From Candidatus Omnitrophota bacterium (GTDB lineage Bacteria > Omnitrophota > Gorgyraeia > Duberdicusellales > 4484-171), in assembly GCA_043823745.1 (NCBI GenBank), contig JBDRAN010000005.1, positions 4,459 through 68,458 on the forward strand: a stretch of 64,000 nucleotides of DNA, read 5' to 3'. Of this stretch, positions 49,777-59,796 are shown one piece after another (positions within the stretch are counted from its first letter, which is position 1; each line of letters opens with the position of its first letter). Made by a program: the position numbers and the translations under genes. The notes beneath the pieces were generated by a model, which worked only from the letters and a program-made list of their open reading frames with translations, did no database searches and was not told where the DNA came from.

Positions 49777-49995
49777 ATACCCCGACTCAGCTAAAAATAC
49801 GCTAAAATTCTCTACGACCCTCTGGAATTTCCTATCCTCATGACGCACTAGTTGTGCTACCAAAGTAGGAAATTCCGAGGACTAAGCCCCGGAAATCCTC
49901 CGGATTTCTCGGGGTAATTTTAGCGACTTTGCCGGGGTTATTCGTTTTACGCATTCACCCACGGCCAAGACCGTGGCATCACGCAAAACGAATAA
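49777..49995. repeat. Nested inverted-repeat element(s), MITE/REP-like
   Basis: CGCTAAAATT/AATTTTAGCG, GGAATTTCCTA/TAGGAAATTCC and TTATTCGTTTT/AAAACGAATAA pairs. Confidence 0.7.
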
Positions 49996-50042
49996 AAAAA
50001 AGAGGCAACGCATGACGCATGCCCCTTTTTATACGATACTGA

Positions 50043-51107
50043 TTATGCGCCGATAGCGCTTACCACCAAATCGCCTACCTCTTCGGTGGAATAACCCATT
50101 TTTCCGGCGGCAAGGTTCGTCAGTTTATTTGTAACGATGTCAATGACGGCTGCCTCAATCGCCTGCGCCGCATGCGCCTGACCGAGCGTATCAAGCATCA
50201 TCCCCGCGGCGCAAACCGCAGCCAAAGGATTAATTACATGTTTACCCGTATATTTAGGCGCGCTTCCGCCAATCGGCTCAAACATCGAAACACCACCCGG
50301 ATTAATATTACCTCCGGCCGCGATACCCATACCACCCTGGATCATGGCGCCCAAATCGGTAATAATATCACCAAACATATTGTCAGTCACGATAACATCG
50401 AACCATTCAGGGTTTTTAACGAACCACATGGTTGTTGCGTCAACATGAGCATAATCGGTGGTAATATCGGGGTATTCTTTGGCAACCTCGTTAAACGTCC
50501 GCTGCCAGAGATCCCAGGCGTACGTTAAAACATTGGTTTTTCCGCATAGCGTTAGTTTCTTTCTCTTGTTACGTTTCCTGCAATACTCAAACGCGTAACG
50601 AATACAGCGTTCGACGCCGTACCGTGTATTGTAGGAAAGTTGAATCGCCACTTCGTTCGGCGTACCCTTATCCTTAAACTCTCCCATCCCCTTATACAAG
50701 CCTTCGGAATTCTCACGCACCACCACGAAATCAATGTCCTGGGGCAATTTACCCTTCAGCGGACAAAACGCTTCATTATAAAGTTTGACGGGACGCAAAT
50801 TAATATATTGGTCGAGGGCGAACCTTAGTTTAAGCAATATCCCGGTCTCTAAAATTCCCGGCTTCACATCAGGGTGCCCGATCGCACCCAGATAAATTGC
50901 GTTATAGTTAAGCAACTCCCTAATATCAGCTTCATCAAGCGTTTTTCCGGTTTTTAGATAGCGCTCGCCGCCAAATTCAAACGACGTCGTTTCATACGAA
51001 AACTCGAACTTCCTTCCGGCAGCCGCTAAGACTTTCAGGCCTTGGGCGACGACTTCCGGGCCCGTCCCGTCACCGGGGATAACCGCGATTTTATATTTCT
51101 GTTCCAC
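50043..51107 (-). CDS. leuB: 3-isopropylmalate dehydrogenase
   Basis: PGDGTGPEV, NLRP, VREN, NMFGDI, GSAP. Confidence 0.92.
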   Translation of the reverse strand: MEQKYKIAVIPGDGTGPEVVAQGLKVLAAAGRKFEFSYETTSFEFGGERYLKTGKTLDEADIRELLNYNAIYLGAIGHPDVKPGILETGILLKLRFALDQYINLRPVKLYNEAFCPLKGKLPQDIDFVVVRENSEGLYKGMGEFKDKGTPNEVAIQLSYNTRYGVERCIRYAFEYCRKRNKRKKLTLCGKTNVLTYAWDLWQRTFNEVAKEYPDITTDYAHVDATTMWFVKNPEWFDVIVTDNMFGDIITDLGAMIQGGMGIAAGGNINPGGVSMFEPIGGSAPKYTGKHVINPLAAVCAAGMMLDTLGQAHAAQAIEAAVIDIVTNKLTNLAAGKMGYSTEEVGDLVVSAIGA

Positions 51108-51110
51108 AGA

Positions 51111-51371
51111 TCAAACCTCCTCCACCCATTTGATTGATTCTTTGCTCAAAAGAATAACTTCCTTCCTCTTTGCCATTTCACTGACCAGCTTAAACGAATG
51201 AACCGCATGCAAGTTCTGAAAAGAAGCATCCGTCACGGCAATAAAATTTCCTTTGATGTCGTTAAAAAATTCAAGCACGCGCAGGCCCTCTGCCACGTGG
51301 ACAAACCCAATGATGAAAGAACCATCGGTGCAAATGATCTTTACCTTATGTTTTTCACGCGGTATTTTCAT
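51111..51371 (-). CDS. Small hypothetical beta-rich protein
   Basis: Overlaps the leuD stop; GGAG-like RBS context. Confidence 0.7.
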   Translation of the reverse strand: MKIPREKHKVKIICTDGSFIIGFVHVAEGLRVLEFFNDIKGNFIAVTDASFQNLHAVHSFKLVSEMAKRKEVILLSKESIKWVEEV

Positions 51372-51864
51372 GGCTCACCTCTTTTTTTGCCTTTATCCAT
51401 TTTATAAGCCCACCCCTATCGATTATCTCCTGCATGAAGGCGGGAAACTTTTCACAATGAAATACTCTCGTATTAACCGTATCGGTAATAATACCGCGTT
51501 CCAGGTCAACAACGAGCGTACTACCCGCAGGTATCGCTCCGGCATCCTGACAAACTAAAATCGGCAAACCCACGTTAATGCAGTTACGATAAAAAATACG
51601 GGCAAAACTTTTTGCTATCACCAGCGAGATCCCGCACCCCTTAAGCGCGACCGGGGCATGTTCCCTGCTTGAACCACAGCCGAAGTTAGCCCCTCCTACA
51701 AGAATGTCGCCGCGTGCGACTTTCGCAGAGAATCCCGGATCGATATTTTCCATGCATTTCGACCCAAGAAATCTTTCATCCTGCGAATCAAGATATTGTG
51801 CGGCAATAATATCATCGGTATTAATATTATCCCCAAACACATGCACCGTGCCTTTCACTATCAT
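51355..51864 (-). CDS. leuD: 3-isopropylmalate dehydratase small subunit
   Basis: NTDDI, NFGCGSSREHA, FARIFYRN. Confidence 0.93.
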   Translation of the reverse strand: MIVKGTVHVFGDNINTDDIIAAQYLDSQDERFLGSKCMENIDPGFSAKVARGDILVGGANFGCGSSREHAPVALKGCGISLVIAKSFARIFYRNCINVGLPILVCQDAGAIPAGSTLVVDLERGIITDTVNTRVFHCEKFPAFMQEIIDRGGLIKWIKAKKEVSHENTA

Positions 51865-51868
51865 TCTA

Positions 51869-53179
51869 TTATACCTTTATTTTTGCAGGATGGGTAATTT
51901 TTCCGGTTATCGCACTTGCCGCGGCGACGACCGGGGAGCTTAAATATACAAAACTCTCCGGATGCCCCATTCTACCGATAAAATTCCTGTTCGTTGTGGC
52001 GAGTGCCACTTCCCCTTTATCAAGAATACCCATGTGTCCGCCCAAACACGGACCGCAGGTAGGCGGTGACACGATGCAGCCTGCCTCGTGGAACGCCGTA
52101 AGCAACCCCTCGCGCTCGGCCGCCGCATAAACCGTAGGAGTTGCCGGAATTATAATAACGCGTAATCCCGATTTTATCTTTTTGCCTTTAATGATCTTTG
52201 CCGCGGCGCGCAAATCAGAAAGCCGGCCGTTTGTGCAAGAACCAATGACTACCTGGGTAAGTGAAACATCACGCAATTCTTCAACAGGCTTAACGTTACT
52301 GGGCAAATGCGGACAGGCAACCTGAGGCGATAGCTTCGTCACATCTATTTCTATTATCTCCTCATAGTGCGCGTCGGCATCACTTTTTAATTTAGTCCAT
52401 AGTCGATAGTCAGCAGCCGACGTTTTCCTGCCCCCTGTATGGACCATGGACCCTGGACCATGGACTTTCTTTAAGTATTCAATAGTGACCGCATCCGGCT
52501 CAATAAGACCGGTCTTTGCGCCGGCCTCAACTGCCATATTGGTCATGCTCAAGCGCTCATCAAGATTCATCGCACGAATTACCGGGCCGGCAAACTCCAT
52601 CACCTTATAGAGCGCGCCGTCGACACCGATTTTTCCGATCGTATGAAGGATCAGATCTTTTCCGCTTAGATATTTCCCCGCTTTTCCTTTATATACAAAC
52701 TTAATTGTTTTTGGCACACGCAGCCAAACACACCCTTCCTTCATCGCCACGGCCAAATCGGTAGAGCCGACGCCGAAACCCGCAGCGCCGATGGCACCAG
52801 CGGTACAGGTATGAGAATCAGCCCCGATGACAAGATTGCCCGGCTTAATCAGGCCCCGTTCAATCAAAAAGATATGTTCTATTCCGCACTTATCAATATC
52901 GTAAAAATGCTTTATTTTAAAACGCCGGGCGAACTCGCGTAAAAGCTTAATATTATTGGCGGCTTTAAAATCACGAGCAGGTAAAAAATGATCGCAGATA
53001 AAACCGATTTTTTTGGGATTAAACACCGAATCAAATTGAGCGTTTAGAAATTCTTTAACGGCAAGAGGCGCCGTGATATCGTTACCGAAGCAGAAATCAA
53101 CCTTGGCGTAAACAAAATCGCTTAAGCCTCGCTTGTCCGATGCTTTCAGTAAGATTTTTTCGATTAACGTCAATCCCAT
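51869..53179 (-). CDS. leuC: 3-isopropylmalate dehydratase large subunit
   Basis: DSHT, GSCTNGR, CGPCLG, TTNRNF. Confidence 0.93.
   Translation of the reverse strand: MGLTLIEKILLKASDKRGLSDFVYAKVDFCFGNDITAPLAVKEFLNAQFDSVFNPKKIGFICDHFLPARDFKAANNIKLLREFARRFKIKHFYDIDKCGIEHIFLIERGLIKPGNLVIGADSHTCTAGAIGAAGFGVGSTDLAVAMKEGCVWLRVPKTIKFVYKGKAGKYLSGKDLILHTIGKIGVDGALYKVMEFAGPVIRAMNLDERLSMTNMAVEAGAKTGLIEPDAVTIEYLKKVHGPGSMVHTGGRKTSAADYRLWTKLKSDADAHYEEIIEIDVTKLSPQVACPHLPSNVKPVEELRDVSLTQVVIGSCTNGRLSDLRAAAKIIKGKKIKSGLRVIIIPATPTVYAAAEREGLLTAFHEAGCIVSPPTCGPCLGGHMGILDKGEVALATTNRNFIGRMGHPESFVYLSSPVVAAASAITGKITHPAKIKV
52393..52467. repeat. Convergent 7-mer tandem repeats inside leuC
   Basis: TAGTCCA-TAGTCGA-TAGTCAG ... 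TGGACCA-TGGACCC-TGGACCA-TGGACTT. Confidence 0.8.
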
Positions 53180-53192
53180 AATACCCTTTCAT

Positions 53193-53258
53193 GCTTCAGG
53201 CTGCAGGCTGCATGATCCAGGCTTCAAAATCCTGTAACCTGTAGCTTGCAGCTTATAA
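53193..53258. repeat. Convergent 7-mer tandem repeats, intergenic
   Basis: GCTTCAG/GCTGCAG-like x5, then CCTGTAG-like x4. Confidence 0.75.
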
Positions 53259-53262
53259 TATA

Positions 53263-54504
53263 TTATTTGAATTCTTTTATAAGAAGCGTTGCGTTGTGGC
53301 CCCCAAAACCTAAAGAATTTGAAAGCGCAACCTTTACATCGCATTGAACGGCCGTATTCGGCGTATAGTTGAGGTCGCATTCAGGATCGGGATTTTCATA
53401 GTTGGTCGTCGGATGTATCACTTTATTCTTAATCGTTAAACAGGAAACGACAAACTCAACCGCTCCGGCAGCTCCCAGGGTGTGCCCCGTCATCGATTTG
53501 GTCGAACTGATATAGAGATCGCGCGCGTGAGCCTTAAAGACTTTTTTTACCGCCTTTGTCTCCATCTTATCATTCAGCTCGGTCGACGTCCCATGAGCAT
53601 TAATATAGATCTTCTCTTGAAACGGGACCTTTGCTTCCTCCATAGCGTCCGCGATTGCGCGCGCCGCAGCCCCACCCTCAGGGTCAGGCGCCGTTATGTG
53701 GTGCGCGTCACAGGTTGCCCCATACCCTGCCATTTCAGCGTAAATCACAGCGCCTCGCCGACGCGCATGTTCCAGTTCCTCAAGTACGATCACCGCCCCG
53801 CCCTCCGCAATAACAAAACCGTCTCTGTCCCGCTCAAAAGGCCTGGAGGCGCGCTCTGGTTCGCTGTTACGTTTAGAAAGAGCGCGCAGGGCGCAAAAGC
53901 CGCCCACGCCAAGATGCGTAATGCATGCTTCGGAGCCGCCGCAAACCATAATGTCTGCACGATTATGCTGGATCGCCCGATACGCTTCACCGATGGCATG
54001 CGCACCGGATGCGCATGCGGTCACCGTACAATAATTGATACCTTTAAGCTTAAACTGTATCGCAATACAGCCCGCTGCTTCATTGGTAATAAGCATCGGG
54101 ATCATAAAAGGAGAAAACCTGCTCGGACCTTTTTGCAAATAAACGTCATGCTCCTTCTCGACCGTTTCAAGGCTCCCGATACCGGATCCGAAAATTACGC
54201 CAACCCGGTACGGATCGAAAGGCTGTCGCGTAAAACCGCTCTCTTCCATTGCCTCTTCGGCAGCCTTAAGGGCAAATTGCACAAAACGAGGGGTTCTCCG
54301 TATATCTTTAGGAACAATAAAGGAAGGTGGGACAAAATCTTTCACCTCGCCGGCAATTCGAGAGTCAAACGCACTCGCATCGAACTGGGTAATCATCCCC
54401 AGGCCGCTCTTACCTTGCGTAAGGGCGCTCCAGAAAGAACTCTTACCTATGCCGACAGGAGAGACTACTCCACATCCTGTAACGACAACTCGCCTCTCCA
54501 TCAA
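53263..54504 (-). CDS. fabF: Beta-ketoacyl-ACP synthase II
   Basis: TACASG, NAHGTST, KSMTGH, GFGGHN. Confidence 0.96.
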   Translation of the reverse strand: MMERRVVVTGCGVVSPVGIGKSSFWSALTQGKSGLGMITQFDASAFDSRIAGEVKDFVPPSFIVPKDIRRTPRFVQFALKAAEEAMEESGFTRQPFDPYRVGVIFGSGIGSLETVEKEHDVYLQKGPSRFSPFMIPMLITNEAAGCIAIQFKLKGINYCTVTACASGAHAIGEAYRAIQHNRADIMVCGGSEACITHLGVGGFCALRALSKRNSEPERASRPFERDRDGFVIAEGGAVIVLEELEHARRRGAVIYAEMAGYGATCDAHHITAPDPEGGAAARAIADAMEEAKVPFQEKIYINAHGTSTELNDKMETKAVKKVFKAHARDLYISSTKSMTGHTLGAAGAVEFVVSCLTIKNKVIHPTTNYENPDPECDLNYTPNTAVQCDVKVALSNSLGFGGHNATLLIKEFK

Positions 54505-54509
54505 AAGAA

Positions 54510-54755
54510 CTATTTATCCTTCTTTGCTGACTTATCGTCGATATATTTAATTGCTTCTCCGACGGTTGTAATTTTTTCAGCATCCTCGTCGGGAATCTCT
54601 ATACCAAACTCTTCTTCAAGCGCCATAACAACCTCAACCGTATCTAAAGAATCAGCGCCCAGATCATCAATGAAAGAACTTTCCGGCTTGATCTCTTCTT
54701 TCTTAACTCCCAGCTGTTCCGCGATAATTTCCTTTACTCTTTCGTCAACACTCAT
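54510..54755 (-). CDS. acpP: Acyl carrier protein
   Basis: DLGADSLD. Confidence 0.97.
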   Translation of the reverse strand: MSVDERVKEIIAEQLGVKKEEIKPESSFIDDLGADSLDTVEVVMALEEEFGIEIPDEDAEKITTVGEAIKYIDDKSAKKDK

Positions 54756-54819
54756 TATTCCCTCCTTTTCTTGAAATCCTTATTTTCCTCATGACGTCGA
54801 ACATCTCTAATCGAAACGG

Positions 54820-55554
54820 CTATACCAATCCGCCGTCTATAACTAAAACCTGGCCGGTAATATACTCGGCGTCCGAAGATGCCAGAAAAAGCACACCGCG
54901 TGCGACATCGAGGGGCTCGCCAAACCGTGCCAAGGGGATGCGTTCAAACATCGCTTCTTTCACTTTATCGGAAAGTTGCTCGGTCATCACCGTCCGAATG
55001 TACCCGGGCGCGACGGCATTAACATTGATGTTACGCGACCCAACCTCTTTAGCCAAAGACTTTGTTATACCGATAAGACCTGCTTTAGAGGCCGCATAAT
55101 TGATCTGACCCGCGTTACCCATGATACCGATAACTGAAGAAATATTGACTATTTTCCCGGAGCGCTGCTTGACCATATACTTAATAACTGCCTTACAGCA
55201 ATTAAATGCGCCCTTAAGGTTCACCGCCAACACCCGGTCCCAGTCATTTTCAGAGAGCCGCAACAACAAATTATCGCGGGTAATCCCCGCATTGTTAACT
55301 AATATATCAACTCTCCCAAAGTTGTCAATAATTTTGTTGACATTTATCTCGGTTTCCCCCAGGTTAGTCACATCAACCTTAAAGCCAATGGTTTGGGAAT
55401 AGCGCGAAAGTTCGGAAACGGTTTCTGCCAGCACCTGATCATTAATGTCAAAAACAACCACCCGGGCTTGCAGGCGCGCAAACTGGAGCGAAATCTCTTT
55501 GCCAATCCCTTGAGCTCCTCCGGTTACGATAACAACTTTATTTTTGAACTCCAT
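54820..55554 (-). CDS. fabG: 3-oxoacyl-ACP reductase
   Basis: TGGAQGIG, NNAGITRD, YAASK. Confidence 0.95.
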   Translation of the reverse strand: MEFKNKVVIVTGGAQGIGKEISLQFARLQARVVVFDINDQVLAETVSELSRYSQTIGFKVDVTNLGETEINVNKIIDNFGRVDILVNNAGITRDNLLLRLSENDWDRVLAVNLKGAFNCCKAVIKYMVKQRSGKIVNISSVIGIMGNAGQINYAASKAGLIGITKSLAKEVGSRNINVNAVAPGYIRTVMTEQLSDKVKEAMFERIPLARFGEPLDVARGVLFLASSDAEYITGQVLVIDGGLV

Positions 55555-55621
55555 ACACCCTCCGTTATTCGAATACACCGGTCATTCGCACCAGGCCTGA
55601 CCGATACTATGCCAGGTTCTG

Positions 55622-56548
55622 TTACGTCGATTGCTTCATATTCGCAGCAAGGCTATCGAGATCTTCCTTTTTCTCGACGTTGGTAACCTTAAGGACCGGA
55701 TTAATCTTTCGGATAAGCCCGCGCAGCACGCGTGAAGGGCCAACTTCGTAAAACGCGTTTACTCCGCGTTTAACCAGAAACTCAATACAATTCTTCCATA
55801 ATACCGGCGACGTAAGTTGTTCGGCAAGATTAAAACGTATCTCGCGACTACTCGTATGCGCGCGAGCCGTAAAATTACTTACCATGGGGATCTTCGCATC
55901 ATTAAAGGGGATACTTTCAAGAACTTTCTTAAGATGGTCTTTGGCTTGCGCCATAAACGGGGAGTGAAATCCTCCGCTCACCTCAAGCTCAACGGTGCGC
56001 GCGCCCATCTCAAGAAACATATTAAGAAGCCGGGTGCGGTCTTCCCGTTTCAAGGAAATAACCACCTGGCCGGGAGCATTGACGTTAGCAACATAAAAAT
56101 GCTCCTGGAGCGCTTTCTGCTCCAGGACCGCATGATCAAGGCCGAGCACCGCAAGCATTGTTGCCGGATGAGCACGAGCTGCCTCTTCCATCGCCTGCGC
56201 GCGTTCTTTCACCAGATAAACCAAGCTTTCCAAATCGAGCACGCCGGCGGGATATAAACACGTATATTCGCCAAGACTAAGCCCCGACACGTAAGAAATC
56301 TCGGGCATCTTTTCGCGGAAAACTTCATACGTAACCAGGGAAGTCGCCAGAATCGTCAGCTGTTGATAATAGGTGCTCTTTAAGTCCTCGTCACTTCCCG
56401 AAAAACACAATTCAGAGATTTTAATACCAAGCGCCTTATCAATGCGCTCAAAGAGCGCGCGCGCAACCGGGAATGCATCGTACATTTCCTTACCCATCCC
56501 CTTGTATTGAGCGCCTTGACCCGGAAACACAATCGCATTCATTGTCAT
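55622..56548 (-). CDS. fabD: Malonyl-CoA:ACP transacylase
   Basis: FPGQG, GLSLGE, FHS. Confidence 0.95.
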   Translation of the reverse strand: MTMNAIVFPGQGAQYKGMGKEMYDAFPVARALFERIDKALGIKISELCFSGSDEDLKSTYYQQLTILATSLVTYEVFREKMPEISYVSGLSLGEYTCLYPAGVLDLESLVYLVKERAQAMEEAARAHPATMLAVLGLDHAVLEQKALQEHFYVANVNAPGQVVISLKREDRTRLLNMFLEMGARTVELEVSGGFHSPFMAQAKDHLKKVLESIPFNDAKIPMVSNFTARAHTSSREIRFNLAEQLTSPVLWKNCIEFLVKRGVNAFYEVGPSRVLRGLIRKINPVLKVTNVEKKEDLDSLAANMKQST

Positions 56549-56549
56549 A

Positions 56550-57530
56550 TCACACCCATTTAATAACGGTGCTGCCCCAGACAAGGCCTCCGCCAAAAGC
56601 GTCGAGCAGCACGATGTCGCCTTTCTTGACTCTCTTTTCCTCCCAGGCTTCGCAGAGCGCTACGGCGCTGGAAGCGCTGGACATGTTGCCGTAACGAGAA
56701 ATATTAATATACATACGTTCCTCATGAATATGCAGCCGCTTGGCAACCGCGCTGATAATGCGCTCATTTGCTTGATGCGGAATTAAAAGATCGATATCGC
56801 CGGTTTTAAGATGCGCTTTCGCGAGCGCTTTCTTTGCCGCCTCAACCATAACCCTGACCGCGATACGAAACAATTCATTACCCTGCATCTTAATATAATG
56901 CAACCGCCCGTCAATCGTCTCTTTTGACGTTGGATTTCGAGAGCCGCCGCCGGGTAGAATCAATAAATTCGCATTCGCGCCGTCAGCTCCCAGGTAAGAA
57001 CTCAAGAAACTCTTCTGCGCTCCAGCGGCTAATACGGCGGCGCCGGCGCCATCGCCGAACAAAACACACGTGGAACGATCGCGCCAATCGGTTATGGAAG
57101 AGAGCACCTCGCTCCCGACAACTAAAACGTTTTCATAGAGGCCGCCGGAAATAAATTGCCAGGCGGTCGTCAACGCGTACACAAAACCAGCGCAGGCAGC
57201 GGAAACATCAAGACAAGCCGCGTGGCGCGCTTTAAGGAGGTTCTGCAAGTAACAGGCTGAGGAAGGAAATTGTGTATCGGGGGTGATCGTCGCAACAATG
57301 ATAAGGTCGATATCGTTCGCTTTAAGGCCCGCGCGCTTTAAGGCGATGACGGATGCTTCATGCGCAAGATGAGAAACCCCAGTCCCTTTTTCGGCGATTC
57401 GACGCTCTTTAATACCCGTACGCGTGGTTATCCAGTCGTCCGAGGTATCGACCATTCTCTCCAGATCACTATTCGTTAAAACTTTCGGGGGTAAATATTT
57501 ACCCAAACCTACAATTTTAGGATATTTCAT
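56550..57530 (-). CDS. fabH: Beta-ketoacyl-ACP synthase III
   Basis: AACAGF, FGDGAGA, PHQAN, GN. Confidence 0.95.
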   Translation of the reverse strand: MKYPKIVGLGKYLPPKVLTNSDLERMVDTSDDWITTRTGIKERRIAEKGTGVSHLAHEASVIALKRAGLKANDIDLIIVATITPDTQFPSSACYLQNLLKARHAACLDVSAACAGFVYALTTAWQFISGGLYENVLVVGSEVLSSITDWRDRSTCVLFGDGAGAAVLAAGAQKSFLSSYLGADGANANLLILPGGGSRNPTSKETIDGRLHYIKMQGNELFRIAVRVMVEAAKKALAKAHLKTGDIDLLIPHQANERIISAVAKRLHIHEERMYINISRYGNMSSASSAVALCEAWEEKRVKKGDIVLLDAFGGGLVWGSTVIKWV

Positions 57531-57553
57531 AGCATGCAAGCGATACCGGTTAT

Positions 57554-58594
57554 TTATGCCCCTAAAGCACCTAAGGTTTGCTGTACTTTGGGGCTGGAGC
57601 AAATTGCGTTGATGCTGGTTTTCATTTGCAGGTTAACATCGTGCGTTAGCTCCTGTATCGCAACACGAACTGCGTTTTTAACCGCCAGAGCGTTGGACCG
57701 GCCGTGCCCGATGATCACAATACCGTCAACGCCCAGAAGCATTGCGCCCCCATGTTCGGAATAGTCCATCAGACGCTTGACGCGCTTTAAGCTATTCATA
57801 ATTAAAAGAAGACCTATCTTACCGATAAAACCCTTCTTGATTTCATCAAGAAGAAATTTCCCCATCGTCTCGGCGACACCTTCGGAAACCTTAAGCGCAA
57901 CGTTACCGACGAAACCATCACACACGATACAATCGCAAAGCCCCGAAAAAATATCTTTCGCTTCAAGATTGCCGATAAAATTAACATTCGTTTCAGCAAA
58001 AAGCTTATGTACGCTGCGAATATATTCGGGACCTTTGGACTCTTCTTCTCCGATATTAAGAAGCCCGACCTTGGGATTGTTTTTCCCGAGCACCAGATTC
58101 GCATATACTGAAGCCATGATCCCGTATTGGAACAAATGAATCGGTTTAGGGTCAATATTAGCTCCCACGTCAACGATCATCGAGATTCCCTTCTTCGTAG
58201 GAATTACCAGGCCTATCCCGGGCCGCTCCACGCCTTCCATAAGGCCTACCTGCAACGTCGCACCGCAGACTGCGGCTCCGGTATTGCCGCAGGAAACAAA
58301 AGCATCGATCTTCTTATCCCTCAACATCTTCATGCCGATCGTAATCGAAGAATTCCTCTTTTTGCGGATGCTTGTTGCCGGAGACTCTCCCATCCCGATT
58401 TTTTCGGGAGCATCAACAATCGTAAAACGGCCGGCGTCAACGTTGTGCTTACGTATTTGCTCTTCAATCTCGGACTGAACGCCAATAAGTACGATGTCGT
58501 CTTTAAACTGCTTTCGCGCCAGGAGCGCTCCCTTAAAAATTTCCTCAGGGGCGTGATCTCCGCCGGAAATATCAAGCCCTATCTTATATTTCAT
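57554..58594 (-). CDS. plsX: Phosphate acyltransferase
   Basis: GGDHAP, GNTGA, DVGAN, NIGEE. Confidence 0.95.
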   Translation of the reverse strand: MKYKIGLDISGGDHAPEEIFKGALLARKQFKDDIVLIGVQSEIEEQIRKHNVDAGRFTIVDAPEKIGMGESPATSIRKKRNSSITIGMKMLRDKKIDAFVSCGNTGAAVCGATLQVGLMEGVERPGIGLVIPTKKGISMIVDVGANIDPKPIHLFQYGIMASVYANLVLGKNNPKVGLLNIGEEESKGPEYIRSVHKLFAETNVNFIGNLEAKDIFSGLCDCIVCDGFVGNVALKVSEGVAETMGKFLLDEIKKGFIGKIGLLLIMNSLKRVKRLMDYSEHGGAMLLGVDGIVIIGHGRSNALAVKNAVRVAIQELTHDVNLQMKTSINAICSSPKVQQTLGALGA

Positions 58595-58791
58595 CGTTTC
58601 CTTTTTTTCTCTTTAAGCTCAATTTTGACTACTTCCCGGCCTGCATAGTACCCGCAGAACGGACAAACCACATGCGTGAGTTTCATCTTCCGGCATTGCG
58701 TACACTCAACGAGAGCCGGAATCGATAACCTTTGATGCGTTTGTTTCTTTTTCTTTCGTGAAGGCGAGTGTCGCCGTTTTGGATGTGCCAT
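58591..58791 (-). CDS. rpmF: 50S ribosomal protein L32
   Basis: MAHPKRR, CxxC...CxxCGYY. Confidence 0.95.
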   Translation of the reverse strand: MAHPKRRHSPSRKKKKQTHQRLSIPALVECTQCRKMKLTHVVCPFCGYYAGREVVKIELKEKKRKR

Positions 58792-58886
58792 ACGTAACCT
58801 CCGATTATTTCCTTCTTTCCTTTATTGTTTTATTTCCTCTTCTGCCTGTATCCTGATAGGGAATAGGTAGTTACCGGGGAATGGTA

Positions 58887-59324
58887 CTATTGTTCTTTTT
58901 TACGCGTTCCTGCATCGCGAGCGCATACGCACTGCTGGTGATTTAAATTGACGCCGCAGCCGGCGCACAACCCCTTACATTCTTCCTGACAGAGCACGTG
59001 CATAGGAAAATTAAGCACCAGCTCTTGCCGGATATCGCTATCCATCTCGAGAAATTCACCGAGCGTGGTGCTGTCGTAAGTAAACTGAAATTTCAGGCTT
59101 TCTGACCGCGGCACCTCATCGAGGCAACGGCCGCAAGTTACTATCATACGGGTTACAACTGCCGCGTCAACAACAATTTCTTTTCCGAAGCGCACAAACG
59201 TACAGGCAAGCTCAATCGTGTCGATAAACTTGATTTCAGAGCTATCCAGATCCCACTGAACCGCGGGAATTGTTTCTTCAGCCTTAAATTCTTTATCGGT
59301 TATTTTTTCTACCGCAACTCGCAT
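58887..59324 (-). CDS. YceD/DUF177 protein
   Basis: CGRCL and CKGLCAGCG; upstream of rpmF. Confidence 0.9.
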   Translation of the reverse strand: MRVAVEKITDKEFKAEETIPAVQWDLDSSEIKFIDTIELACTFVRFGKEIVVDAAVVTRMIVTCGRCLDEVPRSESLKFQFTYDSTTLGEFLEMDSDIRQELVLNFPMHVLCQEECKGLCAGCGVNLNHQQCVCARDAGTRKKEQ

Positions 59325-59796
59325 TGATTTTATTCCGTAATGCCCGCGCTACGCTGCCGGGCAAGAACTGCTTCAGGTTCGCTCCAAGCGAAGCTGCTTC
59401 TTTGATGAGGCGGGAGGAAATATATGAATATTGAGGATGCGGCATAAGGAAAATGGTCTCAACGGTGCTGGCAAGATTACGGTTGGTAAGGGCCATCTGA
59501 AACTCATATTCAAAGTCAGAGATCATGCGCAAACCACGCACGATAACACGTACCCCTTTCTTGCGGGCATAGTCCACGACCAAGCCGTCAAATCCCTCTA
59601 CGGTAATACCCGCTATCCCCCGTAAGGCACCCTTCACTAAGCCGAGGCGCTCCTTGTAATTAAAAAGGGGATTTTTTGAGGGGTTTTTCACGACCGCAAC
59701 GGTTACCGCGCCAAAGATAAGCACAGCGCGCTTGATAATATCGATGTGGCCGTTCGTAATGGGGTCAAAGGTACCTGGACAAATCGCTCGTTTCAT
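59293..59796 (-). CDS. coaD: Phosphopantetheine adenylyltransferase
   Basis: PGTFDPITNGH, RGLR, DFEYE. Confidence 0.96.
   Translation of the reverse strand: MKRAICPGTFDPITNGHIDIIKRAVLIFGAVTVAVVKNPSKNPLFNYKERLGLVKGALRGIAGITVEGFDGLVVDYARKKGVRVIVRGLRMISDFEYEFQMALTNRNLASTVETIFLMPHPQYSYISSRLIKEAASLGANLKQFLPGSVARALRNKINASCGRKNNR

Noticed and set aside
53482-54774. 430-aa plus-strand ORF antisense to fabF/acpP
   Set aside because: No motif and a composition typical of an antisense shadow of conserved genes.
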